Below are positions 21,917 to 33,459 of a stretch of 64,000 bases of DNA, piece after piece. The notes under the pieces are model-generated. The model was not told where the DNA came from and did no database searches. It saw only the letters and a list, made by a program, of their open reading frames with translations. Made by a program: the position numbers and the translations under genes. Position 1 is the stretch's first letter, and the number at the start of each line of letters is the position of its first letter. Source of the DNA: Bacteroidota bacterium (GTDB taxonomy: Bacteria > Bacteroidota > Rhodothermia > Rhodothermales > Rubricoccaceae); the NCBI GenBank assembly GCA_012960515.1, contig DUBD01000191.1, positions 164-64,163 on the forward strand, written 5' to 3'.

Positions 21917-22296
21917 CGGACCCCGACCCCTGCCCCCTCCTGCTCGGCCTCGTCGAGGCGCTCCGCGAGGCCGCGCCCCGGCTGAACGGGGGGCTCCCAT
22001 ACCCCCAGCGGACCGGGATCAACGATGTCCGGCCGGACGCGCCCCTCCCCGACGGCCCCGCCCGGTGCTCGCTCCCGGTCACGGTCCGCGTCGCTCGGGG
22101 CGTCGAGAAGCGCTACGTCCTCTCGGCGGAGACCGGGGCGGGGCGGGCCGCCCTCGCAGTCTCGGACGGGGCCGAGTTCAGGGACCGCTTCCGCCTGGCG
22201 ACGACGCCCGGCGATCCCCCTTTGGAGGCCGACGTCCAGCGGCTGTTCACCGCCCTCACGGCCGACCTCGGCCTCCACTTCGCCACGGCCTCCTGA
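21913..22296 (+). CDS. Hypothetical protein
   Basis: GTGA overlap with the upstream stop; 127 aa with typical codon usage. Confidence 0.55.
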   Translation: MTDPDPCPLLLGLVEALREAAPRLNGGLPYPQRTGINDVRPDAPLPDGPARCSLPVTVRVARGVEKRYVLSAETGAGRAALAVSDGAEFRDRFRLATTPGDPPLEADVQRLFTALTADLGLHFATAS

Positions 22297-23012
22297 CCAA
22301 GCTCGCCGACGTCCTCCCCTTCCTCGCCATCCCCGCCGTGGCCGCCGTGCTCGGCGGCGTCGTGGCCGCGTTCCGACCGCCGGGCCGACGGCTCCAGAGC
22401 GTGATCCAGCACTTCGCGGGCGGGGTCGTGTTCGCGGCCGTGGCCGGCGAGCTCCTCCCCGAACTCATGTACGAGGCGGCGGCGATCCCGACGATCATCG
22501 GGTTCGCCGTCGGCGTCGGGCTGATGCTCGGGGTCAAGAAGCTGACAGAAGGGGGGCCCGCCGAGGGAGCCGACGACGACGGCACGCGCGGGCTCGTCAC
22601 GACGGTCGCCATCGACATGGTGATCGACGGGCTCCTGGTCGGCGTCGGGTTCGCGGCTGGGGCCGAGGCCGGGCTCGTCGTCACGATCGCTCTCTCGCTC
22701 GAGGTCCTGTTCCTGGTCCTCGCGACGGCCGCCGCCCTCGTCGGGGCCGGGGCCTCGCGCGGCCGGGTGCTCGCCACGACGGCCGGGCTGACCGCGCTGC
22801 TCCTCGCCGGGGCCGTGGGCGGGACGCTCGCGGCCGGGGCGCTCTCCGGCGGCGCCCTCGCCGGGCTCCTCGCCTTCGGCGTCGCGGCGCTCCTCTACCT
22901 CGTGACCGAGGAGCTCTTGGTCGAGGCCCACGAGACCGAGGACACCCCGCTCGCCACGGCCACCTTCTTCGCGGGCTTCCTCGCGCTCCTCCTGCTCGAA
23001 ATGGCGCTCTAG
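22293..23012 (+). CDS. ZIP-family metal transporter (start uncertain)
   Basis: QHFAGGVVFAAVAGELLPE, IDGLLVG, LVTEELLVEAHE. No ATG/GTG lies before TM1; CTG at 22293 is the best candidate. Confidence 0.8.
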   Translation: MTKLADVLPFLAIPAVAAVLGGVVAAFRPPGRRLQSVIQHFAGGVVFAAVAGELLPELMYEAAAIPTIIGFAVGVGLMLGVKKLTEGGPAEGADDDGTRGLVTTVAIDMVIDGLLVGVGFAAGAEAGLVVTIALSLEVLFLVLATAAALVGAGASRGRVLATTAGLTALLLAGAVGGTLAAGALSGGALAGLLAFGVAALLYLVTEELLVEAHETEDTPLATATFFAGFLALLLLEMAL

Positions 23013-23041
23013 CGCTCGTTCTACACCCTCCGACCCTTCCG

Positions 23042-25600
<2,559 letters not shown>

Positions 25601-25891
25601 GACCGGCGCCTTCGGGTCCGGGCGGCCAGCGGCACCCGACCGGGACGACCCGCTCAACCTCGCCTATCAGCCAGGGCTCGTCCGACTTGCACGACCGGAC
25701 GCCTGTATCGAGCGGACGCCTGCATCGACCGAGCCCCCTCCCCCGTTCCATTCTCGGCTCAGCGCCGCGCTGGCAGCCGCATCATTCCAGCGAGGTCGTG
25801 GGGGTTAGAACCGCACCGCGGAGCGCTACATCCGTGAAGTCGGCGTGAGGGGGGATCGAATGGGTAGCGCGCGGAGTGGGACACCGTACAT

Positions 25892-25911
25892 TTAGGACAA
25901 CAAGGTCATAA
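25892..25911 (+). promoter_or_regulatory. Candidate Rrf2 operator TTAGGAC-AACAAG-GTCATAA
   Basis: 7-6-7 imperfect palindrome 18 bp upstream of rrf2; a near-identical copy lies at 26393. Confidence 0.7.
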
Positions 25912-25929
25912 TAGGCTTTCTCACCTGCC

Positions 25930-26376
25930 ATGCTCCTCTCCCAGCGCTGCGAGTACGCCATCCGGACCGCCCTCTACCTGGCGGCGGCCGACCGGGGAGG
26001 CTACGTCGCCGTCCGCGAGATCAGCGAGGCGCTGAACATCCCCCGGCCGTTCCTGGCCAAGACGGTTCAGGACCTTACCGGCGCCGGCGTGTTCACGTCC
26101 ATGCGGGGCCCGGCGGGGGGGCTCGCCCTCGCCCGCCCCGCCGGTCAGATCACGCTGAAAGAGGTGGTCCTCGCCGTAGACGGCGCCGACATCTTCACCG
26201 AGTGCGTCCTCGGACTGCCGGGCTGCGGCGACCGGAAGCCGTGCCCGCTCCACGAGCAGTGGGCCCCGGCCCGCGCCCGGGTCCACGACATGTTCGCCGG
26301 CGCGACGCTGGCCGACACCGCCGCCCGCACCCTGGCCGGCGACTTCAGGCTCGCCCTCGCGCGAGAGGCCGCCTGA
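25930..26376 (+). CDS. Rrf2-family regulator with Cys motif
   Basis: EYAIR, SMRGPAGG, CVLGLPGCGDRKPCPLH. Confidence 0.93.
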   Translation: MLLSQRCEYAIRTALYLAAADRGGYVAVREISEALNIPRPFLAKTVQDLTGAGVFTSMRGPAGGLALARPAGQITLKEVVLAVDGADIFTECVLGLPGCGDRKPCPLHEQWAPARARVHDMFAGATLADTAARTLAGDFRLALAREAA

Positions 26377-26392
26377 GTTTTTTTCACCCTAA

Positions 26393-26412
26393 TTAGGACC
26401 ACAAGGTCCTGA
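26393..26412 (+). promoter_or_regulatory. Candidate Rrf2 operator TTAGGAC-CACAAG-GTCCTGA
   Basis: Intergenic, 16 bp upstream of nirK; matches 25892-25911. Confidence 0.7.
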
Positions 26413-26428
26413 TAAACCCTCCACTCCC

Positions 26429-27490
26429 ATGACCCGCCCCATCCTCTTGACGATCGCGGCCGTCGCGCTGACGGCCCTCCTCGGCCTCGCCGCGTTCCGC
26501 TCGGGCGGCGACGCCCCCGCCGATGGGGACGCCTTCGCCTCCGAGATCACGCTCCCCGAGATCGTGGGCCAGGAGGTCGCCGTGCTCACGGAGGCGCCCA
26601 ACGTCCCCCCGCCCATCACGCGCGACCACGCGACGCGCGTGGTCGTCGAGATGGAGACGGTCGAGCTGACGAAGGAGCTGGCCGACGGCGTCGAGTACAC
26701 GTTCTGGACGTTCGGCGGCGACGTGCCCGGCCCGTTCGTCCGCGTCCGCGAGGGCGACCTCGTGGAGTTCCACCTGGCGAACGCCGACGACAGCACGGTC
26801 CCCCACAACATCGACCTCCACGCCGTGACCGGGACCGGTGGCGGGGCCGAGATCTCGCTCGTCGTGCCCGGCCACGAGACGGCGTTCGAGTTCCGGGCCA
26901 TCAAGCCGGGCCTGTACGTCTACCACTGCGCCACGGCGCCCGTCGGGCTGCACGTCGCGAACGGCATGTACGGCCTGATCCTGGTGGAGCCGGCCGAGGG
27001 CCTGCCGGCCGTCGACAAGGAGTTCTACATCATGCAGAGCGAGTTCTACACCGCGGGCCGGTTCAACGAGCCGGGCCTCCAGCCCTTCGACCTCGAGAAG
27101 GCCGTCGACGAGGAGCCCGAGTACGTCGTCTTCAACGGCCGCGTGGGCTCGATGACCGGTGAGAACGCGCTCCGGGCGTCGGTCGGCGAGACTGTCCGGA
27201 TGTACGTCGGCAACGGCGGCCCCAACCTCACGTCCAGCTTCCACGTGATCGGCGAGATGTTCGACCGCGTCTACGGCGAGGGCGGGACGGCCGTGAACCA
27301 GGGCAACGTCCAGACGACGGGCGTCCCGGCCGGCGGCTCGACCATCGTCGAGTTCCTGCTCGACACGCCGGGCCGCTACACGCTGGTCGACCACGCCCTC
27401 TTCCGGGCCTTCAACAAGGGCGCCGTCGGCATCCTCGAGGTGACCGGCGACGAGCACCCGGAGATCCTCCGGAGCACGCCCGACGCCTGA
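26429..27490 (+). CDS. nirK: Copper-containing nitrite reductase (AniA-like)
   Basis: [45 protein letters not shown]. Confidence 0.95.
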   Translation: MTRPILLTIAAVALTALLGLAAFRSGGDAPADGDAFASEITLPEIVGQEVAVLTEAPNVPPPITRDHATRVVVEMETVELTKELADGVEYTFWTFGGDVPGPFVRVREGDLVEFHLANADDSTVPHNIDLHAVTGTGGGAEISLVVPGHETAFEFRAIKPGLYVYHCATAPVGLHVANGMYGLILVEPAEGLPAVDKEFYIMQSEFYTAGRFNEPGLQPFDLEKAVDEEPEYVVFNGRVGSMTGENALRASVGETVRMYVGNGGPNLTSSFHVIGEMFDRVYGEGGTAVNQGNVQTTGVPAGGSTIVEFLLDTPGRYTLVDHALFRAFNKGAVGILEVTGDEHPEILRSTPDA

Positions 27491-27521
27491 CGCGGAGCCC
27501 CTCACCCCGTCCGCCACGGTC

Positions 27522-28403
27522 ATGACCCGCCTCTCCACCGTCCTGCTCTCGGCCTCCGCGCTCGCGCTGGCGGCGCTCGTCGCCGCCCGCCTCGGGCCGA
27601 CCGTCGAGCCGCCGGCCGGCCCCGACCTTGGGGTCGTCGCCGAGGTACCGTCGGCTGCCCAGGCGCCCGCCGAGGCGCTCCCGGCCGAGGTGCCGGCGGT
27701 GGAGATGGCGACCGTGCAGGGCGGCGTCTACCGGCCGCTCTACCAGACGGCGACGGGCGTGGCCGAGGTCGAGGTGGCCCCGTTCGCGCTCGCCGTCCGG
27801 CCGGTGACGAACGCCGAGTTCCTCGCCTTCGCCCGCGCCCACCCCGACTGGCGGCGCTCCCGCGTCCGCCCGCTCTTCGCCGAGGACGGCTACCTGGGCC
27901 ACTGGGCGGGCGACCTCGCCCTGGGCGACGCCCCGCCGCAGGCGCCGGTCGTGAACGTGTCGTGGTTCGCGGCCCGCGCCTACGCCGAGTGGGCCGGCAA
28001 GCGGCTCCCGACGACCGACGAGTGGGAGTTCGCGGCCTCCGCCAGCGCGACGCAGGCCGACGGCCGCGCCGACCCCGACTACGCCCGGACGATCCTCGCC
28101 CGCTACTCCCGCCCGACCCCGAACCCGCTCCCGGACGCCGGCCAGGGCGACCCCAACGTGTGGGGCGTCCGCGACCTCCACGGGCTCGTGTGGGAGTGGA
28201 CCGACGACGTGGCGAGCGCGCTCGTGACGGCCGACTCCCGTCAGAGCCGCGACGCCAACAGCCGGCGGTACTGCGCCGCCGGGGCCGTCGGCGCGTCGGA
28301 CTTCGAGGACTACGCGGCCTTCCTCCGCTACGGCTTCCGCGGCGGCCTCGAGGCCCGCTTCGCCGTCCCCAACCTCGGCTTCCGCCTCGCCGCGGACGCC
28401 TGA
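27522..28403 (+). CDS. Formylglycine-generating-enzyme (SUMF1/NirV-like) family protein
   Basis: PVTNAEF, PVVNVSW, RLPTTDEWE, DLHGLVWEW, NLGFRLA. Confidence 0.9.
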   Translation: MTRLSTVLLSASALALAALVAARLGPTVEPPAGPDLGVVAEVPSAAQAPAEALPAEVPAVEMATVQGGVYRPLYQTATGVAEVEVAPFALAVRPVTNAEFLAFARAHPDWRRSRVRPLFAEDGYLGHWAGDLALGDAPPQAPVVNVSWFAARAYAEWAGKRLPTTDEWEFAASASATQADGRADPDYARTILARYSRPTPNPLPDAGQGDPNVWGVRDLHGLVWEWTDDVASALVTADSRQSRDANSRRYCAAGAVGASDFEDYAAFLRYGFRGGLEARFAVPNLGFRLAADA

Positions 28404-28414
28404 CCCTTCCTCCC

Positions 28415-28981
28415 ATGCCCCGACTCCTGCTTCTCACCCTCGCCGCCGCGTCGCTCGCGGCCTGTGCGGCGCCCGCCTCGGACCCCGCCGACCTCGACGC
28501 CCCGCTCTCCGACGCCTCGGTCTACCAGGTCGACGTGGCGTGGGGGACCGACGGCGGCGAGACGGTCACGCTCGCCGACCTCCGCGGCGCGCCCGTCGCC
28601 CTCGCGATGGTCTACGCCGACTGCGGGACGGCCTGCCCCATGATCGTCCACGACATGAAGCAGATCGGCGAGGCGGCCGACGTGCCGCTCCGCTACGTGC
28701 TCGTCACGCTCGACCCGGCGCGCGACACGCCCGAGCACCTCCAGTCCTTCCGCGCCATGCACCAGCTCGGCGACGACTGGACGATGCTGCGCGGCTCCGA
28801 CGACGACGTCCGGACGCTGGCGGCCGTCCTGGGCGTCCGCTACCGGTTCGACGCCGACGGCACCATCGCCCACTCCAACCTCATCACGCTCCTCGACGCG
28901 GGCGGCGACGTCGTCGCCCAGCAGGAGGGGCTCGGGACCGACCCCGCCCCGGCGGTCGCCGCCCTCCACACCGCTCTCTAA
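28415..28981 (+). CDS. SCO-family copper chaperone lipoprotein
   Basis: LAAC lipobox, CGTACP, TLDPARD, IAHSN. Confidence 0.92.
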   Translation: MPRLLLLTLAAASLAACAAPASDPADLDAPLSDASVYQVDVAWGTDGGETVTLADLRGAPVALAMVYADCGTACPMIVHDMKQIGEAADVPLRYVLVTLDPARDTPEHLQSFRAMHQLGDDWTMLRGSDDDVRTLAAVLGVRYRFDADGTIAHSNLITLLDAGGDVVAQQEGLGTDPAPAVAALHTAL

Positions 28982-29013
28982 CCCGGCCGTCCGGCCACCC
29001 TCACCCCCCACCC

Positions 29014-29568
29014 ATGAAGACCCCCCGCATCCCTACCCTCGCCCTCGCCTTCGGCCTCGCCCTCTCCGCCTGCGGCGGTGACGAAGCGCCCGCCGTGACC
29101 GACACGGCTCCCGACCCCGCCGTCACCCAGACCGCCTCGGAGGCGCCGCCCGCCGAGGTGGCCGCCGAGGTCGCCCCGTACGACGGGCCCGCCTTCGAGG
29201 CCACGATCACGCCCGTCGGCGAGACCATGGAGTACGAGACGAAGGAGATCACGGTCCACCCCGGCCAGACCGTCCGGCTCACGTTCCAGAACACGGCGAC
29301 CAACCCGGCCATGAGCCACAACGTCGTCGTCCTAGCCCAGGGCGCGAGCGTGAACGACGTCGGCCAGGCGGCCATGAGCGCGGCCGACTCCGACTACATC
29401 CCGGCCGAGTTCTCGGACCAGATCTTGGCCCACACGGCGATGGCGGCCCCGGGCGAGACGGTGACGGTCGAGTTCACGGCCCCGGCCGAGGGCGAGTACA
29501 CCTACGTCTGCACGTTCCCCGGCCACTACATGATGATGCAGGGGACGATGCGCGTCGTCGCCGCCTGA
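29014..29568 (+). CDS. Azurin/auracyanin-like blue copper lipoprotein
   Basis: LSAC lipobox, MSHNVV, YVCTFPGHYMMM. Confidence 0.92.
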   Translation: MKTPRIPTLALAFGLALSACGGDEAPAVTDTAPDPAVTQTASEAPPAEVAAEVAPYDGPAFEATITPVGETMEYETKEITVHPGQTVRLTFQNTATNPAMSHNVVVLAQGASVNDVGQAAMSAADSDYIPAEFSDQILAHTAMAAPGETVTVEFTAPAEGEYTYVCTFPGHYMMMQGTMRVVAA

Positions 29569-29578
29569 GCCACCGCCG

Positions 29579-29606
29579 CTGCCGGTCCGGACCGCCGGAC
29601 CGGCAG
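29579..29606. other. Perfect 12-bp intergenic stem-loop
   Basis: CTGCCGGTCCGG-ACCG-CCGGACCGGCAG after the azurin stop. No U-tract, so it is more likely an mRNA processing or stability element. Confidence 0.5.
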
Positions 29607-29624
29607 GGTCACCTTCCGATCCCC

Positions 29625-29945
29625 ATGTCTCTCGACCCCTCCACCGTCGCGCCGCTCGACCGGCTCGTCCCCGACGCGCCCGGCGCCGTCACCAGCGGCC
29701 TGCTCCTCAAATCGCCCGGCGGCTCGGCCACGCTCTTCGCCATCGCCGCAGGCGAGGGGCTGGGCGAGCATGCGACGCCGCACGAGGCGCTCTTCACCGT
29801 CCTCGGCGGGGAGGCCGAAGTGGTCCTCGAAGGCGCGTCGCACACGGTCCGTGCAGGCGACGCGGTCCACTTCCCGGCCCGAGCGCGCCACTCCGTCCGC
29901 GCCCTCTCCGACCTCCGGTTCCTCCTCGTCCTCCTCCGCGCCTGA
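29625..29945 (+). CDS. Cupin domain protein
   Basis: GEGLGEHATPHE...VRAGDAVHFPARARHSV. Confidence 0.88.
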   Translation: MSLDPSTVAPLDRLVPDAPGAVTSGLLLKSPGGSATLFAIAAGEGLGEHATPHEALFTVLGGEAEVVLEGASHTVRAGDAVHFPARARHSVRALSDLRFLLVLLRA

Positions 29946-29949
29946 CCCC

Positions 29950-30336
29950 ATGCCCGATCTCCCCGACATCGAGACCGAGGCCGACGTCGGCGCCGTCGTC
30001 CACGCCTTCTACCGCGACATGGAGGCCGACCCCGTGCTCGGGCCCTACTTCGCCGGGCTCGACTGGGAGGCCCACCTGCCCAAGATGGTGGGCTTCTGGT
30101 CGTCCGTCGTGTTCCAGACGGGCGCCTACCGCGGTCGCCCGTTCGACCCGCACGCGCGGATGCCTGGCCTCGACCGCCAGCACTTCGCGCGCTGGGTCGA
30201 GCGCTTCCACGGGACCGTCGACGGGCTCTATTCAGGCCCCCGCGCCGAGTTGATGAAGGCGCGCGCCGAGCAGATCGCGGGCGTGTTCCAGGTCAAGCTC
30301 GGGCTATGGCAGACCTTTGGCTCCGAGGCGGCATGA
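29950..30336 (+). CDS. Group III truncated hemoglobin
   Basis: VHAFY...GPYF...WEAHLPKMVGFW...PFDPH...HFARW. Confidence 0.9.
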   Translation: MPDLPDIETEADVGAVVHAFYRDMEADPVLGPYFAGLDWEAHLPKMVGFWSSVVFQTGAYRGRPFDPHARMPGLDRQHFARWVERFHGTVDGLYSGPRAELMKARAEQIAGVFQVKLGLWQTFGSEAA

Positions 30337-30770
30337 CCCGCTCCGCCGCCCTCGAACCGCTCTCGCACGACCACCACGAGGGCCTCGCCTTCGCCGCCCG
30401 CCTCCGCCGCGCGCGACGCGACGGCGACGACCCCGTCCCGCTTGTGGCCGAGGTCGCCGCGTTCTGGCGCGACCACCTCGTCCCGCACTTCGCCGACGAA
30501 GAGGCCTTCGTGCTCCCCGTCCTCGAAGACGGCGCCGCGCCGCTGGCGGCCCAGATGGTCGAGGAGCACCGACAGATCCGAGCGCTCGTCGAGCGGGTCG
30601 CGGCCGAGGCCCCGACGTGGGGCGGTCCGCTCGGGGAGGTCGCCGACGCCCTCGCCGCCCATATCCGCTTCGAAGAGCGCGAGGCCTTCCCCGCCGCCGA
30701 GCGCCTCGCCGACGCCGACGCGCTCGCTCGCATCGGCCACCAGATCCACGACACCCACAGCCACCGCTAA
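30333..30770 (+). CDS. Hemerythrin-like domain protein
   Basis: ATGA overlap; LSHDHH, HFADEE, MVEEH, HIRFEER. Confidence 0.88.
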   Translation: MTRSAALEPLSHDHHEGLAFAARLRRARRDGDDPVPLVAEVAAFWRDHLVPHFADEEAFVLPVLEDGAAPLAAQMVEEHRQIRALVERVAAEAPTWGGPLGEVADALAAHIRFEEREAFPAAERLADADALARIGHQIHDTHSHR

Positions 30771-30781
30771 CCCCCACCCCC

Positions 30782-31006
30782 ATGAACACCTACTCCTTCG
30801 CCACCCGCCCCGTCGGCGACGTCGTCTCCGAGGACGACCGCCGCGCCGTCGCCCTCAAGCGGTTCGGGATCGACCTCTGCTGCGACGGGAAGGTCGTCCT
30901 TGAGGCCGCCCGTTAGAAGGCGGGCGCCGCCCTCGATGAGGGGGCCGCGGCCCTCGGCGCCTCCGACGCCCACCGCGTCGCCACGCTCCCGGCGGCTTTC
31001 AGATAG
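30782..31006 (+). pseudogene. Truncated ric/ytfE (ScdA_N, DUF542) remnant
   Basis: GDVV...FGIDLCCDG matches the ScdA N-terminal domain. In-frame TAG at 30914, homology-like sequence continues to 31006, and the hemerythrin part is missing. Confidence 0.7.
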
Positions 31007-31076
31007 CGGCGCATGTTCTTTCAACCAGCGGACCCTATTCTTTCGATCAGCCGAAGAGGCAGTGTAGCTTTGGGGC

Positions 31077-32333
31077 ATGACTGCCCCCCACTACCCCCGC
31101 CTGGTCCGCCCGCGCCTGGAGGAGGCCCTCGCCGACACGCCGGTCGTGCTCGTCCACGGGCCGCGCCAGTGCGGCAAGACCACGCTCGCCCGCGAGGTCG
31201 GCGACGCGGCCGGCTACGCCTACCGCACCTTCGACGACGACACCGTGCGCGCGGGAGCGGAGGCCGACCCTGTCGGGTTCGTGGCCGACCTCCCCGAGCG
31301 GGCCGTGCTCGACGAGGTCCAGCGCGTGCCGGGCCTGTTCACCTCGCTCAAGGCGGCCGTCGACCGCGACCGGACGCCGGGGCGGTTCCTGCTCACGGGC
31401 TCGGCCAACGTCCTCTTCGTCCCCCGGCTCTCCGACTCGCTGGCCGGGCGGATGGAGGCGCTCCGGCTCCACCCGCTCTCGCAGCACGAGCTGGCGGGGC
31501 TCGCGGGAGAGGCCCCGACGTTCGTCGAGCGGCTGTTCCGCGGCGAGGTCGCGACGACGGGGGCGGCGGAGCGCCTGGGCCCCGCGCTCGCCGAAACCGT
31601 CGCCGGCGGGGGCTACCCCGCCGCGCTCGCCCGGGCCGCGTCCCACCGGCGCGCGGCGTGGTACCGGGCGTACGTCGAGACCCTCGTCCAGCGCGACGTC
31701 CGGGACCTGGCGGCCATCCACAACCTCGACGCCCTGCCCCGTCTGCTCGCCGTCGTCGCGTCGCAGACGGCCCGGCTCCTCAACGTCGCCGACCTCTCGG
31801 GGCCGTTCCAGCTCTCGCGCCCGACGGTCCGGGACTACGTGACGCTGCTCTCGAGGGTGTTCTTGCTCGACGAGCTCCCGCCGTGGCACTCGAACCGGCT
31901 GAAGCGGCTCGTCAAGACCGCCAAGCTCCACGCCGGCGACACCGGCGTGGCGTGTGCGCTCCTGGGGGTGGGCGCGGACGACCTGTGGGCCGACCGCGGG
32001 CTCTACGGCCAGATGCTTGAGACGTTCGTCGTGGGGGAGCTCCGGCGGCAGGCGAGCGGGCACGCGGCGCCGATCGCCTTCCACCACCTCCGCGACCGCG
32101 ACGGGGCCGAGGTCGACCTCGTGATGGAGCGGTCGGGGCGCGCGCTCGTGGGCGTCGAGGTCAAGGCCTCGTCGACGGTCCGGGGCAAGGACTTCTCCGG
32201 TCTGCGGAAGCTCCAGGAGGCCGTGGGGGACCGGCTGGCGGTCGGGGCCGTGCTCTACGACGGCGAGGCGACGGTGCCGTTCGGCGACCGGCTCTGGGCG
32301 GTCCCGATCCGCCGCCTCTGGGAGGCCTCGTAG
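31077..32333 (+). CDS. AAA_14 ATPase with DUF4143 domain
   Basis: GPRQCGKTT, LDEVQRVP, FLLTGSA, GGYP, HLRDRDGAEVDLV, VEVK. Confidence 0.9.
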   Translation: MTAPHYPRLVRPRLEEALADTPVVLVHGPRQCGKTTLAREVGDAAGYAYRTFDDDTVRAGAEADPVGFVADLPERAVLDEVQRVPGLFTSLKAAVDRDRTPGRFLLTGSANVLFVPRLSDSLAGRMEALRLHPLSQHELAGLAGEAPTFVERLFRGEVATTGAAERLGPALAETVAGGGYPAALARAASHRRAAWYRAYVETLVQRDVRDLAAIHNLDALPRLLAVVASQTARLLNVADLSGPFQLSRPTVRDYVTLLSRVFLLDELPPWHSNRLKRLVKTAKLHAGDTGVACALLGVGADDLWADRGLYGQMLETFVVGELRRQASGHAAPIAFHHLRDRDGAEVDLVMERSGRALVGVEVKASSTVRGKDFSGLRKLQEAVGDRLAVGAVLYDGEATVPFGDRLWAVPIRRLWEAS

Positions 32334-32338
32334 TCGGT

Positions 32339-32356
32339 CCCTCCGCTAGCGGAGGG
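32339..32356. terminator. Perfect 18-bp palindrome between convergent genes
   Basis: CCCTCCGCTAGCGGAGGG; contains the minus-strand stop codon. Confidence 0.4.
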
Positions 32357-33341
32357 GCGCGAGCACGTCGAGGGCTTGGCTCACCGTCTCGACGACGGCC
32401 TCCACGCGCCCTGGGCCGTGCGCCGACGGGTTTTCCAACGCCCGGTCCACGACGAGGAGCCGCGTGCGCACAGAGGTCCCGTACGGGCGGTAGACGGCCC
32501 CGTCCACCTCGACGTCTGCCCGGAGCCGGTAGGGGTCGGCGTCGACGGCCTGGAAAAACGGCCGGTGCGTCGGTTTTGCTCGCCTCACGCCTGCGCTGAG
32601 GACGGCCACCAGTCGGCCGCCCGCGTCGAGCCGACGGAGAGCCTGGAGAACGTGGTCCGTCCCGACCGTCGGGACGCGGCGTCGGCCGAGCCGCCCGGCG
32701 GTCTGGGAGAAGGGCGGGTTCATGAGCACGACGTCGGCGCGGGCCTCGGGCGGAAGGACAGCGTCGAGGTGATCGGCGCTCTCGCGCGTGAGGGTCCGCG
32801 CCGGGTCCTGCCCGGCCTCGCGGAGCAACGCCGCCAGCAGGTCCGCCCGGCGGTCCGACAGCTCGTTTGCGTGGACGCTCGCGCCAGAGGCGAGCGCGAA
32901 GGTGCAGAGCGCCCCGGTCCCGGCCGAGGGCTCCAGCACACGGTGCCCCTCCCCCACCCCGCTGATCCACGCGCAGAGCCCCGCGTAGGCGGCGGGCGTC
33001 GAGAACTGCTGGTAGTCGTTCTGCTCCGCCGTGCGGCGCGTCTGGCTGGGCAGGAGCGCCGAGAGGCGCTCGACCTCGGCGAAAGCCTCGCGAGCGTCAG
33101 CGGGTGCGGTCGGGAGACGTCCGACGGTGTGGAGCAGGTGGAGGTGGAGTCCAAGTTCGGCGGCGTCGTAGGCGTCGCGCGGCGAGAAGGCTCCCTCGGC
33201 GAGCGTGCCGCCGTAGGCCTCGGCCGCGAGGTCGAAGAGGTCGGCCGCGGTCAAAGCCTGGGACGCGGCGACGGTGTGCTCGACGGCGTGAGCGAGGTCT
33301 CGACTCGCGATGACGTGGGGGGAGGCGTGCTGGGATCGCAT
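32346..33341 (-). CDS. N6-adenine DNA methyltransferase-like protein (N-terminal domain of strawberry-notch-type methylase/helicases)
   Basis: QQFSTP, VLEPSAGTG (motif I), VLMNPPF (motif IV), GRLVAVL. The likely start is ATG 33341, not the 34307 ORF start. Confidence 0.8.
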   Translation of the reverse strand: MRSQHASPHVIASRDLAHAVEHTVAASQALTAADLFDLAAEAYGGTLAEGAFSPRDAYDAAELGLHLHLLHTVGRLPTAPADAREAFAEVERLSALLPSQTRRTAEQNDYQQFSTPAAYAGLCAWISGVGEGHRVLEPSAGTGALCTFALASGASVHANELSDRRADLLAALLREAGQDPARTLTRESADHLDAVLPPEARADVVLMNPPFSQTAGRLGRRRVPTVGTDHVLQALRRLDAGGRLVAVLSAGVRRAKPTHRPFFQAVDADPYRLRADVEVDGAVYRPYGTSVRTRLLVVDRALENPSAHGPGRVEAVVETVSQALDVLAPLR

Positions 33342-33459
33342 GGCCGTAGGGGCAGAGATGGCTGGGGACGGGCGTCGCCAGAGGCCGCCCCGTCCGCACG
33401 CCATCTCGTCGCGTAGAGGCCCATGCTCACCGCCAGCCAGGCGGAGTGCAGGGTTCTGT

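Noticed and set aside
22025-23041. N-terminal extension giving a 1191-aa P-type ATPase
   Set aside because: Overlaps two credible genes in other frames and is Arg/Pro/Gly-rich noise; ATG 23042 is preferred.
25601-25860. Possible IS end or gene remnant between the ATPase and rrf2
   Set aside because: No terminal inverted repeat, target duplication or transposase motif recognised.
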